A stretch of DNA of 64,000 nt from Marsupella aquatica (taxonomy: Eukaryota > Plantae > Marchantiophyta): NCBI GenBank assembly GCA_973895155.1, contig OZ316893.1, positions 10,359,660 through 10,423,659 on the forward strand, in the 5' to 3' direction. The notes under the pieces were generated by a model that ran no database searches, was not told the DNA's origin, and saw only the letters and a program-made list of their open reading frames with translations. Of this stretch, positions 1 to 12,053 are shown in pieces (the stretch's first letter is position 1; every line of letters begins with the position of its first letter). A program made the position numbers and the translations under genes.

Positions 1-188
1 GTGTAGTAGTTAGAGATACAGACATGTGTGGAGGGACGCAGCATAGCAAAACTATGATTTAGCGGCAATCCCTACTGCTCAGACGATGGTCGATAACATT
101 GTTTCAAGCTTAGAAGTTAGACTGAATTATATAGTTTGAGCAGAGGGTCTGGAATTTTGACAGTCGTGACTGGGGATGATGGTCGCAG

Positions 189-953
189 TCGCACATTCCT
201 GTCAATTGTGGGAGGGATCATCGCCGGAGTGCTTGGCCTCACTGCTTTGCATGGCTTTTCTTTCTACTTCCTCATCATGGTCGTGCTGTCTGGAGCTATT
301 GCTGCTAAGACGAAATTCGATGTCCTTTCCTACTTCGATTCTTGGCAACGAATCACAATAGATGGCATTTATGCAGGTTTTATGGTAAGGATTATTTTTC
401 TTCTCCGTTTGGTTCTAGCATTTAACTGGATCATCTAGTTTGTGTCAAGCTTCTTTAGGGTTTGGTCCTCTTCGATTAAGGTTTTTTTATATCTAACAGC
501 TTCAAAGCTTTGTTTTGTTTACATTGTTCGGTCATACTCTGTTTAAGAGCAATTGACCAATAGCTCAGTTCAGTGTAGGATACGTTTAGGAAACGCGTTT
601 GACTACACTCCGAAAAATTTGTTAACTTATAATTTTGCTTCTTTTTGGAGGGCTGCTAACTATTGGATGTTGGTTATCATGTGAACTGTGGCTGCAGTCG
701 TTTGTTCTCTTCTGGACGTATCCTTGTAACAAATCATTCGCTTTGTCACGTTCAGTTCATTTTATTAGTAATATTCACGAAAATCTTACCTGGTTACAAG
801 GTTCATTATTGGCTTCCGAACATACTGAAATGTGGCATAGTCAGTTTTATAAGAGATCACCAATCGCCTAACTGTTGCTGTTGTTTTTTCCTTCCTGGAC
901 TTTAACCTTGACCTTTCTTCAGATTTGCATACGACATTGTTCATATCTTTTGA
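189..953 (+). CDS. EMC6: ER membrane protein complex subunit 6, 3' part (5' exon(s) lie upstream of the window)
   Basis: Exons 189-384, 698-717 and 923-953 splice in frame to ...RTFLSIVGGIIAGVLGLTALHGFSFYF...YFDSWQRITIDGIYAGFM-SFVLFWT-FAYDIVHIF*. This matches the plant EMC6 C-terminus, and all splice sites are GT-AG. Confidence 0.93.
718..922 (+). other. U12-type (minor spliceosome) GT-AG intron in EMC6
   Basis: The donor is GTATCCTT (718-725), the U12 consensus. A CCTTGAC branch-site-like motif (906-912) lies 10 nt before the AG at 921-922. Confidence 0.8.
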
Positions 954-2729
954 GGGGTTCCGAATAGAGGGTCTGTTCTTTCAAAGCAGGGGACATCTTT
1001 ATGTGTTAGGCATACTCACCAGGTCCAATTCGTGGGTTTATGCTGCTGGAGGAAGGAAGCACAAGTCTCCACTTCGAACTGATATCAAAGTGGGAGCGGA
1101 GTAGTTTTGCCCGCGCTTCTCCCTTATTCAAAGTCTGGGTGTAAGTGCAGATCCAGGACAACATACCCCCACAACTTGTTATGAGTATCTGCAAGGGAGA
1201 ATTGTGACCTTTTTCCTTGCATTTCTTGGACTCCAGTTGTAGAGGTCATTCATGTACTTATGGGATTGGAGCTACATGTTTTGGAAGCTGTTGATATGGA
1301 CATTAGTCGGTCAGCTACATTGATGGCGCTGAGAAAGTACTTTCGCCCAGATCCTGGAAAAAGTTGTAAACTAGATGAAAATTCAAAAGAGTTAACTACA
1401 AAGGTGAAAAGGATTTGTACAAGGTAATAGAATATCCATTGTGAGCGGAGCAGCTTTGAGACGGGATATCCTTATTGCTCATTCAATTTTGGGTAGGTTT
1501 TCTAATTGAGTATTGTCGTGAACACTATGCGGGGACCAACTTGTGTACAATGTGTTCTCCAGTCTGGATAAGTCAAGTCTTCAGCGAAGCCTGATATCCA
1601 CTGGTCGAGTATCATACTTGAAATTTCCTTTTAACTGAATTAGATGGCATTTTTTATTGTCAGGAAAGTCACTAAATGGGGAATGTTATGCCATTTGGGA
1701 AACTTGTCTGTCCTCCAATTGTACACCATGTTTTTGCGAGAATTCTCGATCTAGTCGTATTATGAGTGTAGTCACATCCCTACCCCATCTCTAAAAGTGG
1801 TGACCTGGGAGTGATGATCTGTTGGGCTGGTCACCACAGCTTTTCTTCTCGTTTTGCCAGAATTTATACAGGGTTGTGTAGTATAGGGTAACCTATCCGA
1901 GGGGGTCGAAGCTCATCTCCCCAAGCAAGGGATGTTTTACCATGTGGAGACTATTTTTCGAAATTTTCTCTCATTTCTTTGTATTCTCACACATAGATTC
2001 GACTAGCCTGAGTGCATGAGCTTTGCTCAGGTCCGGGGTGGCCTTCCCCAGCTGTTGCCTCAGCCTGAAATTATCCCCACCCAGAGTCACGTCTAGAGGA
2101 TTCATTCCAGACCATAGGCTCTAGAGTGTAGTTCTCGATCAATTATTAGTTGGATTTTACCTGACGGTTGTGAGCCAATTCTCTACCGTGGCTACACAGA
2201 AAAATCGAAGCTGAGAAAAATTGCAGGTTTTCATTGACATTCGGCTTAAACAGTCATGGCTCAAGCGCATCTGTAATTTATCAGCATTTTGGAGTATACC
2301 CCACCAGTGACACTTTGTACTGTAGGAGTTAGATTTAACGATACTTCTTGACAATAGTCAACTGCGTAGTAGGCAGAACCTGGTCATCTGCCTGGGCTAC
2401 AAAGTATTCCTAGAGGATTTTCAACACCGCAGTTGAGATGGGCGAAAGAAATCTTGCAGCATGGAAAGAAGATGCATTCTCTGAGAAGTTGGCTTGCAAA
2501 GAGAGATGACTTGTTGTAAGCTGCTGAAGAAGCTTTGTTTGTCAATTGGGCACAGATTGGCTTACGAAGACTGATGACTAGTTGTACGCTGCTCTGTTGC
2601 TTTTATTTACTGGAAAATGAAATGTGCAAGTCTCCTGTCTCAGACTATACTGGAGATGTTACATCTGTTAAAATTGTTTAGTTGATACAAGTTTGTGCTC
2701 AATGTAGAACAGTTCAGGGTCAAAACTCA

Positions 2730-2860
2730 ACATAACTTCCAACTGGAGCACACAACGCCAATGTATTCAAACACAACTTCCAACTGAAGCACACAACGCC
2801 AAAATATTCAAACACAACTTCCCAAGGGGAGCACACATGGCCAATATATTCAAACACAAT
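2730..2860. repeat. ~41-bp tandem repeat, about 3 copies
   Basis: The unit ACACAACTTCCAACTGAAGCACACAACGCCAAAATATTCAA is repeated with decay. Confidence 0.8.
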
Positions 2861-5114
2861 GCCCAGGGTTGTGTTAAAAAGATGTGTTTGACTTCAAAGG
2901 TGTTTTTTGTCTCAGGACCCAAAGAATTCCATTTTTGAACACAATTCCTGGCACTGTGTTCAGGGGAAGACTGTAGCTGTTTAGTGGAGTCAACTTGTCT
3001 GGAAGTACCCTCACAAGGAGTATGAATTTCAATACAAAAGCAGCTTTGGTTGAATGGAAATTGTGTTGGAAGGTGAGGTGTTTAGAAAACCTCCAGACAA
3101 GTTGAACCCACAGTTGCATGGCTCCATGGCACAGTTTCTACCAGTCTTTTTTTGTGGCAAAAGATACCACCTCTCCAATTTTTGTGTCACTTTTGGCAAA
3201 AAATCATTAGGTTCTATGTGTCCTATTAGGCAGTCCCACCTTGTCACAAGCCCCACAAGCCAGAATGTAAGGGTCACCAATAAATCTAGGGAGATGTAAC
3301 CGTCAGAAGTAATTCAGGACAATTAGCTAACAAATATTATTATAGCAATTCTCTTTCAAAAGCTGACATTCCCAACTCTGGCAAAAAAGGGGAAACTAGT
3401 GTTAACCATGATCACTCCTAGACTGGCCTCTCAAGTTGGTCGTATTCCAGCCATAGCAATGCCCCTAGACCTGGTCTCCTCCCAGTCCTTCGGGCAGTCA
3501 GCCCACAGCCTGGCCGGTACCACCCTCCTTTTTGCTGGCAAGAAAACAAGGCAGCATAAAGTCCACCAAAGAATTCTTCTCCTTAGCTTCGAGAAGATGC
3601 TAGGAAGATTCCAAATCAACTTTATTAGACTAATTTATTATCGCCAGATCTACCTAAATACTGATGCTACAGGCCAAGGAAGAATAAACAAAACCTCGAA
3701 GAGCTTTGAATATTGGGACAGGTGGACGGGCTACTAGACAAAATAGCCTCATGTAGCTAATTTTTCAGAGAGGTGAAATGCAGCGAATTTTGGGCACTGA
3801 GAAAAATGCTGCCCAGGTTAGGGGACTGCCCGAGCAATGGACGGTTGGTCGCATGCCTGTCAACTCCAAAAGCATCTACGGCACACATCGTCCCCCACTG
3901 CGAGTCGAAATCCAGAGCCGTCAGATGAATCAAGCATCTCTTGCAATAATGGATGTTTGCTTTTTGCCCCCGGGCAGGAACTGGGTGCCCGAGCAACGAG
4001 CTGACATGGTGCAGGAGTAGCTTTTTGCTCCTTTTGCTCCTTTTGCTCCTCATCTCTCGTCTTCTGCTGCATTGACTCCATCAATACCTTTTTGCGATGA
4101 AAGATTTCTGCACTGCAGTGATGACCCTCCTCTCCATGACCGTCTTGTCCGAATTATCGCTGAAAACTCTATCCGGAAAGACAATATATTGTTGAATCGT
4201 TGTCCGAAGTCCAGTGGCCAGTCGTCATCTTTTTTGCGGAGAAAAACCCTTCCGGCTTTCTCGGTCAGACACTCGAGAGAGGATGGTAGCTCAATTGCGG
4301 CGTGAGAGTGTGATGATAAGGTGCGCAGCTGCTCGAAACGTAGTTTGACAGCTGAGCACGACGATGATGAATGAGCTTCGTCGATCGGGGATACCTTCTT
4401 CAGTGCATTCCGCGATTCCACTTCAGCTCCCGAGCTGATCCGTTGACGGATTCGTTTTGCTGGCGTATTTGTGTCCGTGCTTCCTGTGTAGATCGGGTGG
4501 GAATCTGCATCTCGGCTTGAGCTGAGCTGAGGTGGGGTTCCGGATCACGGTTTTACAGTGGATCACGGTTATAGTGGTCGCTGCTGACTAGAAGAAGAAG
4601 ACGAAGAAGCACCGCCCTGGTTGGCCAGATTCCTCATGCTGTGCGTGAATTGTCAGGGATTTACTATTTAATTAGAAACTGCCCGCAGAAAGAGTGAGAA
4701 ATTGCAGTCCATTTTGTTGATGTGGGTTAGCGGTTTGGTCCACGAGGCAAAATGTAATGACCGATTTGGCACTGTAAGCGCAGGTGTGGAATTTGAGATG
4801 GGCTGGTGACTAGTTGTTGAAGGGCAGACTTCTTAGATTACTCAAAATCGGTGGGCGGGTTTGGGGATTGTGGCTCCGAGTTCTCGTTGTTGTGTGAAAC
4901 CTCGGATCGCAAGTTGGTGGGGACGGAGGATAAACAGTCGTCCCATACTGTTCATAGTCAGAGAAATTCTTCGTCGTTGGTGCTGTTGAAGGATCCATCT
5001 ACCTTACTGTGGTTGCAGTTGACCACCGTGAAATCAATAGCTTTGAGCTAGACCAGAAACTGTGGTGTAGTTCGTTTTGGTTGCAGAACTTGCCTATTAG
5101 AATTATTTGGCGTT

Positions 5115-8100
5115 ATGGGGAAATGGTGGATGAGATGTGTCTGCCTTGAAACCAAAGTGACGAAGCCGAGGCAGCTGCCGCTAACGGAAGGCACTGTGGA
5201 TGCTACTGCCAAGGCTTCCCCAGGGACGGTGCAGATTTCGCCTTTGGAATCCAAAGATGAAGCAAGTGCATTTTTCAAGGATGTTAGCGACCTTAAACAC
5301 CTCGAGGAGCTTCTGGAAGAGATTACTAAGGTGTGTACTGATAGTTTAAATTAGGACATTATTCGTCTCCTCCGCTCTCCAGTTTTTATACTACATTATT
5401 TTCTGTTCATGTTCTGTATACTGCCATGGCGGATTGCAACTGAATTAGCTTAAACAAACTTTCGGCACCATCGATTGAGATGCGTGGTAATGGAGGATCT
5501 CCTCGGAGCAGCGATGAGACAGTTTGATGTGCCAATTTTCAAAGTCGGAGCCCCCTCCACTTCAAATTTCGACCACTTCACTTCCGATTGGAGGTCACAT
5601 CTACTGACTTACTCTAACAGAGAGTGAAATGGGCTGTCTGTGTATGCTGAAGATGAAAACCCGTTGTTGGATTGCGGTGTGGTCAGGCAATTGTCAGAGC
5701 TCGCAGCCGAACGGCTCGGAAGGATCTCGCTCCGCCGATGGTCACCAGCAACCTCAATGATGCAGGAGCAGTACTTAACTCAATTAGTCAAAACTGTCAA
5801 GCTTTTAATGTCACACAGGTACACACTCTTGGGTTCTTTGATTTCGTTTACTCTGACATTGGTCTGGCGGAGGACCTTTTTGCATCAATCTGCCAGCTGA
5901 ATTGTTTACTTTAGTTGCCTTCTGACGACGCCGAAAACATTTTCTCACTCGGTGCTCAGCCAAAGTGGCCATGGAAACTGATGTAAATTGGAGGAGATGA
6001 CTCTGCCAATGCTTCGAAGAATTCCATGTACTTCGGAAGTTGATCAAAGTAGCAAACGTTTACAAAAAGGAGGACAACCGTTTACTGTTATGATCTAGAA
6101 TTCTGGTATTCAGTCAGACTGAGCCTGGGAGCTACTGACTATCTGTACATGGTACTGACAGACTTCTGGAACCAAGGCTGCAAATGAGTTGTATAGCGTA
6201 CTGTGTGCCGTTTTGGAAGGGGTTGGAAACCTGCACTGGGCTGCTGCAGGACTTTCCATGGTCGCATTTGTTTTAAATCGGGTAGACCTAGTAGGGAAAA
6301 ATCTGGTTGACTGCCTGAATCTTCTGGAAACTATGCGTGATCTAGGGAAGCATGTTATTACTCTGTATCCACAACTCCCAGAACAGGATGAGAAGCTGCG
6401 GCGTGCTATTTGTCTCATTACCGAAGGGGCGATGATGTGTTGTGATCACACGAATTCTGGGGTTGTGGGCAGGTAAGCAGATTTTGTGGGAACCTGATGT
6501 TGTGGGAAGTGATCATCGCTTTCACATCCGCTAATAGCTTTTCAATAGTAATCCAGGAATTTTTGCGATACTTAAACTGCAATTTGGGAATAATTTGCGC
6601 GCAAGAGGTCAGGCAACTTCTGATGGTTTCCATTTGATGTCGTGGACTGCCAGGTTTGGCCTTGCGAATGCAAATAGGGACAACTTTGTCACGATCCAAA
6701 AACAGATAAATAACCTATATCCAGAAATCACTTTGACAGTTAACGAGACCATCCTGGCACAGAATATTGTTTTACTGCGGCAGAGCAGCATGCCATTGTC
6801 TCCCCTCAAACCTGAGTATCCCACCAATAAAGGCAAGTCGAAGATTCGTAATTCCCAGATCTTCATAGAAAGCGTGCTTGAATGGATGGATAACATACTT
6901 TGCCATTTGTGACAATGTATTGGCTCCCTAGTACTTGGAGATAGATGTCTTTTGTGTGCGTATACTACATTATTGCAAGTTCTCTTCTAATTCTGCCTAA
7001 TTCCTCGACAAGCTTGCATTTTTGACGTATATTTTGAATTGCCTGTGAACTGCAGTTGGACTTGTTGAGAGGGTCGACGCTGTCTTGCAAATTCTAGGGG
7101 TCGCTAATGAGGAAGCCCTAGAGACAGGCGTTCGAGCTGTCGTCTTGCATGGAATGGGGGGCATTGGCAAGAGCACACTTGGAATGGCTCTCCATGCAAG
7201 CCTACCTTTCAAGGGCCGTGCTCATGCCAAGGTGGAAATCGGGGAATACCCGACAAATGAAAAGATTAGAGATTGCCAAAAGGACATCCTTGAAAGATTA
7301 TCTGGTCAGAAGCCGGCAATTGGAAACTACTCTGAGGGCCAGCAAAAATTGAAATTCTACTTGGAGGAGTGCACTGACCCTATATTGTTGTTTATCGACA
7401 ATATTTTCAAGGGGGAAGATTTAGAGAAGCTGCTGCCAGAAACCCTAGTCCTTCCTGACCGCAGCCGTATAATAGTAACATCTCGTGATGCGAGTGTTTG
7501 TGCAGTCCTTTTAGAGAAAGGTGTTACCTGCCACCCATATCCTGTAGCGGAGCTTGGGCAAGACCAAGCAAGGGAACTTTTATGCCTACAGGTTTTCAAC
7601 GGTGGTCCACCCCCACTAAGCAAGGAAAGGCTAGTCAATGATTTGCTCGGCGTCTGTGGAGGTCTGCCTCTAGCCCTTGAAGTGGTTGGCCGGTACTTAA
7701 GGCGGCACAATACAGAGGGCGCATGGAATTTAGCTATAAAGTCGCTTCAAGAATGTCGCCCTGTGAGTGGTAAAAAGGAAGACCAATTGATTCAGAGCCT
7801 CATGTTTAGCTACAACCAACTGTCAGAGGATTACCAAAAAGCATTCTTGGATATCACCTGCTTGCTTGCGGATACTCCATGGGACTGGCTGGAACCCATT
7901 TATGGAGAAAAGCTGGTGACTTTGGAGGAGCTAGCATTGGTAAATAAAATAAATGAGGGAGATGGTTTTGTGAGGCTGCAGGTTCATGATCTGCTTGTTG
8001 CCCTAGGCCGAAGTATACAGCAGGGAACTCGAATTCGTTCAGATGCCTTAGACTCTCTACCGCCGTTGTTGCAAGAAAATCATATGGTTGGTCAAACTAA

Positions 8101-9715
8101 AACCCTTCTCTTTACCCTCTGCTACTTTGTGCAAGCTTGAACAAACACATAAGTAGTTTCTATTCCCTCAATAAATGGTTTAACAATTTTTTGGTAAATT
8201 TTTGTCAAGGCTTAGGATATGTTCCGAAAGTCGTTCGGACATGCTCGCTGACATCGGGAGCATTGTTGTGCAGGAGAATTGTGGCATTGTGGAAGGACTA
8301 AATGTACAAAACTGCTCAAAACCTGTTCATGCAGAGAAATTGGATGCTATGCATAGATCTCTGCGCATTCTTATTCTCCAGAATGTGCCAGTGTGGGGCT
8401 TATGCACCAAAAACGCTCATGGCCTTCAGCTGCTATGCATAGCGTCTGGAGGGCTGCCTTACAAAGATCTTTCCAAATTCAGTCAACTACAAGTTCTCAT
8501 GATACACAATCCAACTGACTTTGAGTTCGAAAATATGGAGGTATCTTATATTTTCCGGAAACTTCTTGAATAGTTGGTTTCTCCTGTTTAGGGACAAGAA
8601 ACTCAAATCCGTTTGTTTGGGAACAGCTCTGCAATTTCAATAGCGAGGCCTGGTTGGTTTCGCACAAATGGTGCTCTCAATATCTGTATGTGGAATTGCT
8701 GAGATGTTACGGCTGAAGCTTGTTAATGCTTAATCCAGATGATAACAACAAGTTTATTAGTTGTATTATCTTGCTAACTTGTAACGATTTAGTAACTTGC
8801 TACAATCCATGGTTATTACAGTTTCCTAAGCATCTCAAGGTGCTTATCCTGGACGAAGTCAGATCATTGAAGTGTCTTCCACCTGCGTTTGGAGAACTCA
8901 CTTCTGTGCACACGCTGCAACTATCGTGGTGCCCCAACGTTCTAGCGCTACCGGAAAATTCCTGTCAACTAAAGTCTCTGCATACTCTGATCCTCACGGG
9001 CTGTGGAAAATTGAAGAAATTACCGAAGGATTTTCAGCGATTACGGTCCCTACAAATATTGGATCTGTCCTATTGTCATCAGCTGCATGGGCTTACCAGT
9101 GGATTTGGACAGCTGGTTAGTCTTCAGCGACTTGACCTTTGTGGTTGCAAAAGTCTCAGAAAGCTACCGGATGATTTTTCTGAACTCAAGAAGCTAGAAT
9201 TTTTACACCTTGGGGACTGCGAAAGTTTAGAAGCCCTCCCGGAAGCTTTTGGCAACTTGGTGTGCTTACGAGATCTAAATCTTACTAGATGCAAGAGTCT
9301 CGAGCAACTTCCTCAGGGGTTTGAAAACTTAGTTGCCTTGCAGGTTCTTTCTCTTGAACATTGTGACAAGTTGTCAACACTACCCACAGAGTTTGGTCGG
9401 CTATGCTCCCTTGCAACCCTCAGACTCTCAAACTGCCCTTCTATAGTAGAGCTCCCTCAAAGCTTCTTGCATCTCAGGCGACTGAGCTCACTCGATGTGT
9501 CAGGCTGCCCACTGGCAGACAAGGATTTGCTCCAGAAGATTGAGCAACAAGGATGTCGAGTTGTGTGTGAGAACATCGACTTAGAAGACTTCGAAAACTT
9601 TGAGGACTTTGAATACCCTGATTCTCCAGACCATGAAAGTAATCCGTATGCTTACAGTGATTCTACTGACCTCGAGGCGGAACATGACTTTGAGTACGGC
9701 ATGGTGGCCAGTTAG
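5115..9715 (+). CDS. NLR immune receptor (helical non-TIR N-terminal domain, NB-ARC, LRR), ~965 aa
   Basis: Exons 5115-5330, 6162-6472, 6654-6832, 7056-8086, 8274-8540 and 8822-9715 sum to 2898 nt, in frame. Motifs: VG, P-loop GMGGIGKST, Walker B LLFIDNI, RNBS-B SRIIVTSR, GLPLAL, VHD (MHD), and ~10 LxxLxLxxCxxLxxLP LRRs. Confidence 0.92.
6833..7055 (+). other. GC-AG intron of the NLR gene
   Basis: AAG|GCAAGT donor and TGCAG acceptor. This junction puts EYPTNK in frame with VGLVERVDAVL, the start of the NB-ARC domain. Confidence 0.75.
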
Positions 9716-12053
9716 AAAGCCATGGGACCGTTTGGGACAGGATCACATGGTAAGTTGAGTATTTTGATCCCATGTAAATCCTCAGCTCCAGAATGGATCG
9801 ATGGGTTCTTCATCAGTCAATCTCCCCCACAATCCTCATCACAACTGTACTGTTAGCGAGAAGTGTTTCTAGTATGTCTTCTTGGTCATGTTGTCAGCTG
9901 ATGAATGTTTACGTTGTTCGAATGTTGTTTTGTCACCTGAAATAATGATTTCATGCGAATACTAAGCCCAATTCTGAATTCAGGTGTCATTGAACACCTA
10001 AACATTTCTTCCGTTGCCGAGCGCAGTTCAGAAATTCTCTGCGTGCAACAGCTGGACTGAAGTTTGTGGACTATGCGTGACAGCGGTACTATTCAAACCT
10101 CTGTTGTGAAACCAGTCAATGGTTTTTTTTTGGTTAGAAGTAAAATGCTCATAGTACTCGGTTTCTTGTCATGCTTTCAAACTCAATATCTCCGAGTAAA
10201 CAATTTTTAGTATAAATCTATCCAGAGAATTCTAAGTTTATACGTTCGAAGTGATCTGCCTGTTTGCTACTCGAATGGAACAAGCATAACGGCACGTCCT
10301 GCTCTCTGTGTAGTACGTTCTGAACCTGCAAAGGCCTCCGGAGCTATGAGACCCACCGGCGACGAGAAGTCTCCGACTGGCGAACATGTTCTGCAATTTT
10401 AGGTACTTAACGGCGCCAGGTATTATTAATCCTCTGATTGACCCTAGGTTAGTCATGTTGGTGGTTTGTACTGGTTTCTCCCAGGTAGATTGTCAGGTCG
10501 TTGTCACACGGTACATGAATGGTAGCAAATCTGGAAGATTGTCAAGGGTATTCCTTTCAATTTTGGAACAATGTCTTCTCCTCTTAGTTATGCATACAGA
10601 TTTCAGTGGTCATTTAATCACACTCTAGGAACGTGTTCCGTTCTGCTTCCAAAGTGCACAAGCCTGTAAATAATTCGAATCAGGCAACACGTTTTGAGCA
10701 ATTATTTTCTTACCGCGCCTCGAAGAAATTTGGTGGCCATGCTATATGGTGGACAATGATTAATCCTTCGAGTCTGTTCCCTCCGAGGAGTCCCATCTAA
10801 GGACAAACAACACACATGCCCACATCAGTATGAATGAAAACAAGTTGAGTTTCATCGATGCTGGCCCCGGAAATGCGAATGACGCCTGCTACCCGAGAGG
10901 CAGTGACTGGAGCTTGAAGATTCACACCATTTCATTCTTGTGCAGAACTGTCTCCATCCAGGCGTAATGCTCTATCTGACCTCCGTATTCAGTTCAGAGG
11001 TTGACGATCATATCATGTGCTCATCCTTGACTTCCCAAGTTTATCATTCAGTAGTTTTGCATAATGAAAATCGGTGGTATCTGTCCTGATATTTTAATGA
11101 GGACAGGCGAAACCTCCATTGTAGGAAGAGATTGAGTGCTGTTGTTGGGAAAAGATGGTCTCATCAGTTATTCGACTGGGATCTGAAAATGGGAAAACCA
11201 TGAAGCCTTACTGTTTCATGATTCTTGTTTAGAGGATAAGAGACTTGACATCTTCGTGACAAAATAGGGACAAGTAGGACGTGACCGAAGACAGCTGAGC
11301 TGGAAGGGTTGAAGTACAGGGTGACCAAGCTTGAGACGAGCATGGAAAATGTTTCCATTGATCACTTATAAAAACTATTGAGGCCTCAACATTTAACCAT
11401 CAAGGATATTAAATTCTGACAATTTCTCTCTACACACAAGGCAACATGAATGCGACGCAAATCTGGATTTCTTGTTTTGTTTATCTTTTCAAAAGTGAAC
11501 TACCCCGTGTCAATGGCTACCGAGGCAAATTACTTGAATACAGCTGGCGTTTACCGTCCGCTGCCCATTCCAGTGAAGAGGGAGTCACTGGGTTCCGCCT
11601 AGAGCATGTCCATCAAGGATGCATTCAGTTTGATTTCGCAAAGATTTGCCAGTTTAACTGGCACCTTCAATGATGGTCGCTTTGATTTTGATTGCATAAT
11701 CTTCACGAAAAACCAAGGTGACTTGGCTAAGCTTGGTAAGTATAAAGCTTTTTCAGCATACCTTGTAATCAGATCAGCTACATGCGAGACTGAACGGCTT
11801 AACAGGGTTCAAAGGCAAGTTGTGAGGAAAATACATTCACAACGCCTCGTCTCGTAGTAGTCTGGCCCACTTTGAAGTAGAAAAATGCACAGCCCCTGTG
11901 CGACGGTCTAGACAGACAATTCAGATACTTCGGACGGTAACAGACCATACCACATTTGGCCAGAGACACGAGTAGCATATACAATTCGGAGAAATCATTG
12001 TGCTCAAACTTCAGTATTCCAATCGCAATACTTGATTTCACTGTATTTCTTTA

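Noticed and set aside
2730-2860. 41-bp repeats as a CRISPR-like array
   Set aside because: The units are head-to-tail with no unique spacers, the context is eukaryotic, and there are no cas genes.
3399-4421. Cluster of short ORFs upstream of the NLR
   Set aside because: No recognisable motifs, stops in all frames and no consistent splice model; possibly a decayed repeat.
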